In this document: one piece after another, positions 27,441-32,000 of the stretch
How the letters are laid out: every line of letters starts with the position of its first letter
Position numbering within the stretch: the stretch's first letter is position 1
Source: Acaryochloris marina S15
GTDB taxonomy: Bacteria > Cyanobacteriota > Cyanobacteriia > Thermosynechococcales > Thermosynechococcaceae
DNA: 32,000 nt
Assembly: GCF_018336915.1 (NCBI RefSeq)
Contig: NZ_CP064926.1
Location: 180,001 to 212,000 of the forward strand
Reading direction: 5' to 3'
The notes under the pieces: generated by a model
Databases searched by the model: none
The model's input: only the letters and a program-made list of their open reading frames with translations
What the model was told of the DNA's origin: nothing
Position numbers and translations under genes: made by a program

Positions 27441-27887
27441 ATGAAACTAACCTATAGAGGCATTAATTACGACTATAGTCCTCCAGTGGTTCGCTATGGC
27501 AACCGCGCTGGAGTAGGCAAATATCGTGGCGCAACTTACCCACGCCAAAATCTAAAGGAGACGCCTGTACCTCAAGTCAGTGCTGATCTCACCTACCGTG
27601 GTGTGGCGTATCATACCGGTGAATCACCGACTGATACTTCTCAATCACAAAGGGAAGACCAACCTGAAACAGTTGGAGCTGATTGGGTGTCTGTTGCTGA
27701 AGAAGCCCGGTGGTTAATGATGGATCATCATCGGATTATTAAGCACCGCCAGCAAAGTATGCTCGGTCGGACGACATCAGAGATTCATCTTAAGGTAGAT
27801 CCCTCAAAATATTGGAATCATATTCAAGGGAAAGTCCATCCCAGCTTTCGAATGACTTATGAACGCAGCCATGCTGCTATGAGTTAG
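27441..27887 (+). CDS. DUF4278-family protein
   Basis: The N-terminus MKLTYRGINYDY and a second YRGVAYH repeat are the hallmark of cyanobacterial DUF4278 proteins. A GGAGAGGAG RBS lies upstream. Confidence 0.75.
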   Translation: MKLTYRGINYDYSPPVVRYGNRAGVGKYRGATYPRQNLKETPVPQVSADLTYRGVAYHTGESPTDTSQSQREDQPETVGADWVSVAEEARWLMMDHHRIIKHRQQSMLGRTTSEIHLKVDPSKYWNHIQGKVHPSFRMTYERSHAAMS

Positions 27888-27946
27888 GGATTTTGAATCC
27901 CAGTTTGAGTCATTCAGCACAATGAAACGTTGGAGGTCGTAACCCG

Positions 27947-28162
27947 ATGAGACCAAAGTATACCTTCACGAGGTTGATAATGATGATTTGGTTTTACCTG
28001 AATCAGCCTTTGTTTAAGCCTAAGTGGTTCCTCAACCTCTTGATGTTTTCTCATACTGATGACAGAGAGCTGCTGGAACGTTGCTATATCAGGGAATGTG
28101 AAATTGAACAGCACAGAATGTTGTTAGAACGTTGTTGGCAATACTCTTGTGAGATTTTCTAG
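27947..28162 (+). CDS. Questionable small ORF (71 aa) with a duplicated LLERC-x4-CEI motif
   Basis: GGAGG lies 10 nt upstream of the ATG. The ORF has a hydrophobic N-terminus and an internal repeat, LLERCYIRECEI / LLERCWQYSCEI. It uses many rare-looking codons (AGA, AGG, ATA) and overlaps an antisense ORF, so it may be non-coding. Confidence 0.25.
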   Translation: MRPKYTFTRLIMMIWFYLNQPLFKPKWFLNLLMFSHTDDRELLERCYIRECEIEQHRMLLERCWQYSCEIF

Positions 28163-28221
28163 GGTCCACTATTAACCTCATTCACAACCCTCTACATCAA
28201 TATAAATCGAGGAATAGACAA

Positions 28222-28791
28222 ATGAGAGTTTGGATTCGTAGAGGTCTTTTCTTGTTGTTATTGATCAGTACCTTGGTGCTGCTGCTCGTTACCAATATGG
28301 GGAATGGGATAGGTTCATCTGCGATCGCAGAAGTGAGTATGACGCGAGAATCACAAGGTCAGATGCTCTATCAATCTCGACAACATCTACCCGATCAACA
28401 AGGTAATCATTGGTTGGTCGTAGCATCCAAACATGTGGGTTTTGCTAGCCCCCCTAGCATTGACCTGATGCTAGCTGGCTGCCCTGGCTTTGTAGATATC
28501 GATCATTCCCTGCCTCTTACCCTCATCATGTCTAAAGGAAAAACCGTGAAAGTGAAGAGCCTCCCAGAGTCTTTGTATACTGAAGTCCTCCCTGGCTCTA
28601 ACGTTGCCCAATATAATCTCCAGCCCATCGTGCCTGAGTTAGACGCTGCTCTTGACCTGTTTATTCCGACAAAGGGGATGAAGTCCATTCAGGTTGAAGT
28701 CCCTACTCAAGTGGTGCAAGAGTGGCAAACGGTGGCAACTTGTGCAGATATCCTTTGTGAACCGCTCACGGACCCTGCCTTGCCCCACTAG
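28222..28791 (+). CDS. Hypothetical exported protein (possibly DUF3122-like)
   Basis: Signal-like N-terminus RRGLFLLLLISTLVLLLV. The QMLYQSRQHLPDQQGNHWLVV and LAGCPGF stretches resemble a cyanobacteria-restricted DUF I recall. The family assignment is uncertain. Confidence 0.6.
   Translation: MRVWIRRGLFLLLLISTLVLLLVTNMGNGIGSSAIAEVSMTRESQGQMLYQSRQHLPDQQGNHWLVVASKHVGFASPPSIDLMLAGCPGFVDIDHSLPLTLIMSKGKTVKVKSLPESLYTEVLPGSNVAQYNLQPIVPELDAALDLFIPTKGMKSIQVEVPTQVVQEWQTVATCADILCEPLTDPALPH
28321..28328. repeat. HIP1 octamer
   Basis: Exact GCGATCGC. Confidence 0.95.
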
Positions 28792-28796
28792 TGGGG
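28783..28796. repeat. 14-bp perfect palindrome CCCCACTAGTGGGG containing the stop codons of both convergent genes
   Basis: The central CTAG gives TAG on both strands (plus 28789..28791; minus complement of 28788..28790). Both proteins therefore end in Pro-His-stop, and the two CDSs overlap by 4 nt. Confidence 0.9.
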
Positions 28797-29666
28797 TTGG
28801 TTAAGGGCTTCAAAGCCTGACACGATATCCAGTAACTCTTCCGTAATTTTGGTTTGGCGTTGCTGTTGAAAAGCAGCTTGTAACTCCGTCAAATGTTCAG
28901 CAATATTGGTTTGAGCTAACTGCATTGAGGTTAAGCGACTGGCATTTTCACTCGCTAAGGACTCAGCGCAGGCTTGATATAGGGCAACAAAAAAATGCTG
29001 CCGGAATATGGCTGAGAATAATCGCTCACGGCTCAGAAAAACCATCGGGCGACAGCGAGTCGGCCAGGAGGAGGGGCGCTCAAGGTCGACTTCCAGGGGA
29101 AAGATCTGTTGTTGGTGAGGGGTACTGGTATGGCCGCTGATGGGATGATTATGGAACACCCAAATTTGGTCTACCTGGCACAGAGCACGCCATTTTTTAA
29201 GCTGGACAACAATCGTTTGTACCTTAGATGTAATTCCGTCAACCGAGGTCGGGACCGGAAGATATCGCTCGATGGCGTAACCTTGATCCATGATGCGATC
29301 GCAAATTCGGGCTCCCATTCCCAACAGAAGGGGTTGCTCTCCCTGAGAGGAGTGCTGTTCTAGGTGCTGAATCACCACCTCTGATAGCTGTTCATTAAAA
29401 CGGCCACACATCCCCTGATCCGAGCCAAAAATCACCATTCCTAAGCGATGGTGAGCACTGGGTCTAACGTGAGTCAATGTATCAGGATAATTCATTCGGA
29501 GAATTTGTATCCCCATAGCCAAGGTTTGGCGATAGTGCTGGAGTGCATTGGCAGCCTGTTCATATTGACGGATATTGGCGGCTGCTAGAGCTTTCATCGT
29601 TTTAGCAACGGTTTGCAACTCCTGAGTGCTGGCGATTTTGCGCTTAAGGGTTTCTAGAGTTTGCAT
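28788..29666 (-). CDS. atpG: F-type ATPase gamma subunit, alternate (N-ATPase-like) form
   Basis: MQTLETLKRKIASTQELQTVAKTMKALAAANIRQYEQA (gamma N-terminal helix) and the C-terminal helix QQQRQTKITEELLDIVSG. At 292 aa it is short and unlike the cyanobacterial housekeeping gamma N-terminus. It is the last gene in the operon, after alpha. Confidence 0.85.
   Translation of the reverse strand: MQTLETLKRKIASTQELQTVAKTMKALAAANIRQYEQAANALQHYRQTLAMGIQILRMNYPDTLTHVRPSAHHRLGMVIFGSDQGMCGRFNEQLSEVVIQHLEQHSSQGEQPLLLGMGARICDRIMDQGYAIERYLPVPTSVDGITSKVQTIVVQLKKWRALCQVDQIWVFHNHPISGHTSTPHQQQIFPLEVDLERPSSWPTRCRPMVFLSRERLFSAIFRQHFFVALYQACAESLASENASRLTSMQLAQTNIAEHLTELQAAFQQQRQTKITEELLDIVSGFEALNQPH
29295..29302. 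repeat. HIP1 octamer
   Basis: Exact GCGATCGC. Confidence 0.95.
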
Positions 29667-29764
29667 TATGTTGATGGCTAGCTAGGAAGGATGAAAGTTG
29701 GGTTTTCATGGAGATCATCATCAAAGGATTAGGCTCAGGGAATGTGTCAGGCTAGATTCAGCAA

Positions 29765-31306
29765 TTACAACTCATTGTCTGGGTCCTTCGATATGCTGTT
29801 GGCGATCCAATTCAAAAGTACCTCCCGATCCGTTTCGCGCAACTGCCCTGCATTCTGGATGCGATCGCAAATATTCGGTAGCTCACGTCGTATCGCTTCT
29901 CCTATATGCTGTTCTGCTTGGGACACTTGCTCAATGGGCACGGGATCAAACTGTCCCTGAGTAACCGCTAGCATCACAGCAATTTGCTCCGCAACGGGCA
30001 ACGGCTGAAACTGAGGTTGTTGCAGCACTTCACGCACTCGACGACCTCGCTCTAAAGATTGCTGAGTGGATTCTTCTAAACGGGTCCCAAACCGAGCAAA
30101 AGACTCCAATTCTTCAAATTGCGTGTAGGACAGTCGTAGATCCCCTGCAACGGTTCGGTAAGCAGGAAGCTGGGCTTTGCCCCCGACGCGGGAAACCGAT
30201 TTGCCCACATCAACAGCAGGAAATATTCCCTTTTGGAACAGATCAGGGGTGAGATAGATTTGCCCATCTGTAATCGAGACTAAATTGGTGGGGATATAGG
30301 CCGATAGATTTTGAGCTTCCGTCTCCACAATGGGCAAAGCTGTTAGAGAGCCTCCCCCTAACTCAGGCCGCAGACACGTCGACCGCTCCAGCAGCCGAGC
30401 ATGAATATAAAAAATATCACCTGGAAATGCTTCCCGTCCTGGCGGGCGGCGCAATAGCAGCGATAGCTCACGATAGGCACGGGCATGTTGAATCAGATCG
30501 TCATAAACAATCAACACATCTTGCCCTTGCTCCATAAAGTACTCTGCCATCGTGGTCGCAGCATAGGGGGTGATATATTGCAGGCCAGGTGAGGCTTCCC
30601 CCCCTGCTACCACGACAATGCAGTAGTCCATCGCCCCCCGATTGCGAAGCTCAGCGATCAGCTTGGCCACAGCAGAACTGCGCTGACCAATGGCGCAATA
30701 CACACAAATCACACCCTGATCTTTTTGGTTGAGGATAGTATCGATAGCAATCGCTGTTTTTCCCGTTTGGCGATCGCCCACAATTAGTTCTCGCTGTCCC
30801 CGACCAATGGGGATAAGGGAATCAATCGCCTTAATGCCTGTCTGAAGAGGCACGGTTACAGGAGCCCGGTCCATGATGGCAGGGGCCTCCCGTTCAACGG
30901 GGCGTCGTTCACTTTCAGTCACTAATCCGCGTTGATCCAACGGGCGACCTGTTGCATCAACGACTCGGCCAAGCAACCCCTCTCCTACAGGGACATCTAG
31001 AACCCGGCCTGTTCGCTGGACTTCACACCCTGCCCTCAGAGAATGTCCATCATCCAGCAAAATCAAACCCACCTCATCCGGATCTAAATTAAAGGCCAGC
31101 CCCATCCGATCGCCGGGAAATCTGACTAACTCCTCAGATTGCACCTGTAAAAGACCAGTCGCTCGGGCAATACCATGGCCTAAATAAGTTACAGTTCCGA
31201 TTTCTTGGCTCTGCAACTCGAATGGATACTGGCCTTCCACCTGATCAAATGCAGCAAAAATTTGATGCAGTACTGGCTTCAAAATGTCGAGTTTTGGGGC
31301 CTCCAT
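29765..31306 (-). CDS. atpA: F-type ATPase alpha subunit, alternate (N-ATPase-like) form
   Basis: P-loop [15 protein letters not shown] and alpha-subunit motifs ([33 protein letters not shown]). The ATG lies 3 nt after the preceding b-subunit stop. Confidence 0.92.
   Translation of the reverse strand: MEAPKLDILKPVLHQIFAAFDQVEGQYPFELQSQEIGTVTYLGHGIARATGLLQVQSEELVRFPGDRMGLAFNLDPDEVGLILLDDGHSLRAGCEVQRTGRVLDVPVGEGLLGRVVDATGRPLDQRGLVTESERRPVEREAPAIMDRAPVTVPLQTGIKAIDSLIPIGRGQRELIVGDRQTGKTAIAIDTILNQKDQGVICVYCAIGQRSSAVAKLIAELRNRGAMDYCIVVVAGGEASPGLQYITPYAATTMAEYFMEQGQDVLIVYDDLIQHARAYRELSLLLRRPPGREAFPGDIFYIHARLLERSTCLRPELGGGSLTALPIVETEAQNLSAYIPTNLVSITDGQIYLTPDLFQKGIFPAVDVGKSVSRVGGKAQLPAYRTVAGDLRLSYTQFEELESFARFGTRLEESTQQSLERGRRVREVLQQPQFQPLPVAEQIAVMLAVTQGQFDPVPIEQVSQAEQHIGEAIRRELPNICDRIQNAGQLRETDREVLLNWIANSISKDPDNEL
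29861..29868. repeat. HIP1 octamer
   Basis: Exact GCGATCGC. Confidence 0.95.
30770..30777. repeat. HIP1 octamer
   Basis: Exact GCGATCGC. Confidence 0.95.
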
Positions 31307-31309
31307 GGT

Positions 31310-32000
31310 CTACCCCTGCTCAACTGATTCTTTTTCCATGCCATCCCATACCTGATTTAACTTCATCTCCAGCTGCTGAAGATATTGCTCTACCGTCCAA
31401 GCCAGCTTATATCCTGGAATCTTGAGTTCAATTCCACACATTAAGTCTGGAGCCGTCGTAAATTGGTACGCACTAGGGTCTACTCCACGGGCTTGCTTAA
31501 GGAGTACCTCAAGTATGCGATTTCTGCTTTCTTGAGGTATGGGAAATGTACTGGATATCATCAGTTTCTGTTCCCTGACGTTGGATAAAGCAACTCGTAA
31601 CACCGCTTGTTCTGAAGCGGGTAGATGATTAAGACGAGTCAGAAAAGCTTCAATGATTTGCTGCTCTAAATCAGCATTCGCCAAATCTTGAAGGAGATAC
31701 CGAACGGTGGTCGTTAACTGCTGTCCTGCCAACTTCTGTAGAGTCCCTAGAAATACTTGCCGCTCATGTTTGACTGCCTCTTTCCATTGAGCTTGTGTAC
31801 TATCGACTTCGTCCCGAATTTGTTGCAACAACTGATGTCGATGCTCTTCTGCTGCTGCTTGCGCTTGGGTCAAAAACGAGGCTTGTCGATGTTCTAAAGA
31901 TTGCTGCATCTGACGCCAACGCTCAGCTTCTTGCTGAGCAACTTCTTGCTGATGAGCAGCTTCCTTTAACTGCTGAGCAATCAGCCGTTCCCGCTTTTTC
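31310..32000 (-). CDS. atpF: F-type ATPase b subunit with a delta(OSCP)-like C-terminal region; 5' end outside the window
   Basis: The frame stays open to nt 32000 (KKRERLIAQQLKEAAHQQEVAQQEAERWRQMQQ..., a typical b-subunit coiled coil). The C-terminal part (ISSTFPIPQESRNRILEVLL..DLMCGIELKIPGYKLAWTVEQYLQQLE) resembles the delta-subunit C-terminus. No separate delta gene lies between b and alpha. Confidence 0.75.
   Translation of the reverse strand, partial: KKRERLIAQQLKEAAHQQEVAQQEAERWRQMQQSLEHRQASFLTQAQAAAEEHRHQLLQQIRDEVDSTQAQWKEAVKHERQVFLGTLQKLAGQQLTTTVRYLLQDLANADLEQQIIEAFLTRLNHLPASEQAVLRVALSNVREQKLMISSTFPIPQESRNRILEVLLKQARGVDPSAYQFTTAPDLMCGIELKIPGYKLAWTVEQYLQQLEMKLNQVWDGMEKESVEQG

Noticed and set aside
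27887-27901. Hairpin GGGATT-TTG-AATCCC right at the DUF4278 stop codon, as a possible intrinsic terminator.
   Set aside because: The stem is only 6 bp with a strained 3-nt loop, and it is followed by AGTTTGAGT rather than a U-run. That is too weak to call.
27914-28114. A minus-strand 66-aa ORF in the 27888..28221 spacer.
   Set aside because: It has no RBS and no recognisable motif, and it is antisense to the (itself doubtful) RBS-preceded plus-strand ORF.
29698-29964. Two plus-strand ORFs (88 and 72 aa) spanning the atpG-atpA gap.
   Set aside because: Most of their length is antisense to the 3' end of atpA. They have no RBS or motif. The real intergenic gap is only 98 nt.
28788-32000. Interpreting the atp genes as the housekeeping ATP synthase.
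   Set aside because: The b-alpha-gamma order without delta, the divergent N-termini and the short gamma are inconsistent with the canonical cyanobacterial atp1 operon (a-c-b'-b-delta-alpha-gamma).
1-32000. Scan for CRISPR arrays, tRNA/rRNA genes, IS elements or transposases, integrases, toxin-antitoxin pairs and known defence-system genes.
   Set aside because: I saw no spaced direct-repeat arrays, no cloverleaf-like or rRNA-like conserved stretches, and no ORF with transposase, integrase or nuclease hallmarks. The intergenic spacers are short, except for those discussed above.

Overview
The window looks cyanobacterial: it has nine exact HIP1 GCGATCGC palindromes plus CP12-type and DUF4278-type genes. 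No rRNA, tRNA, CRISPR array, transposase or phage gene was seen.

Gene content, left to right:
- A 5'-truncated GAF/PAS hybrid histidine kinase.
- A HypE-like AIR-synthase paralog, convergent with a UbiA prenyltransferase and a hypothetical secreted protein.
- A plus-strand maturation cluster: hoxW-hypA-hypB-[three non-hyp ORFs]-hypF-hypC.
- A convergent minus-strand structural operon, hoxE-hoxF-[orphan solute-binding protein]-[small ORF]-hoxU-hoxY-[CBS-CP12]-[beta-helix-repeat membrane protein]-[CBS-CP12]-hoxH, preceded by a tandem USP gene.
- A divergent single USP, a frameshifted NodB polysaccharide deacetylase and a 792-aa REC-wHTH-HPt-REC-REC-GGDEF(GGNQF) regulator.
- A DUF4278 gene and a secreted hypothetical.
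- The distal end (b/delta-like, alpha, gamma) of what looks like an alternate 'N-type' F-ATPase operon, running off the right edge.

Most interesting points:
1. Two divergent CBS-CP12 fusion genes and a bactofilin-like membrane protein sit between hoxY and hoxH.
2. A recurrent element with an invariant TTTTCCTCA core lies upstream of three hox/hyp-linked transcription units, always in the same orientation. A fourth copy upstream of hoxW carries GTTCCTCA instead.
3. An uncharacterised three-gene insertion sits inside the hyp cluster.
4. A perfect 17-bp inverted repeat lies in a divergent promoter region.

All functional calls rest on motif recognition by eye. No database search was run.
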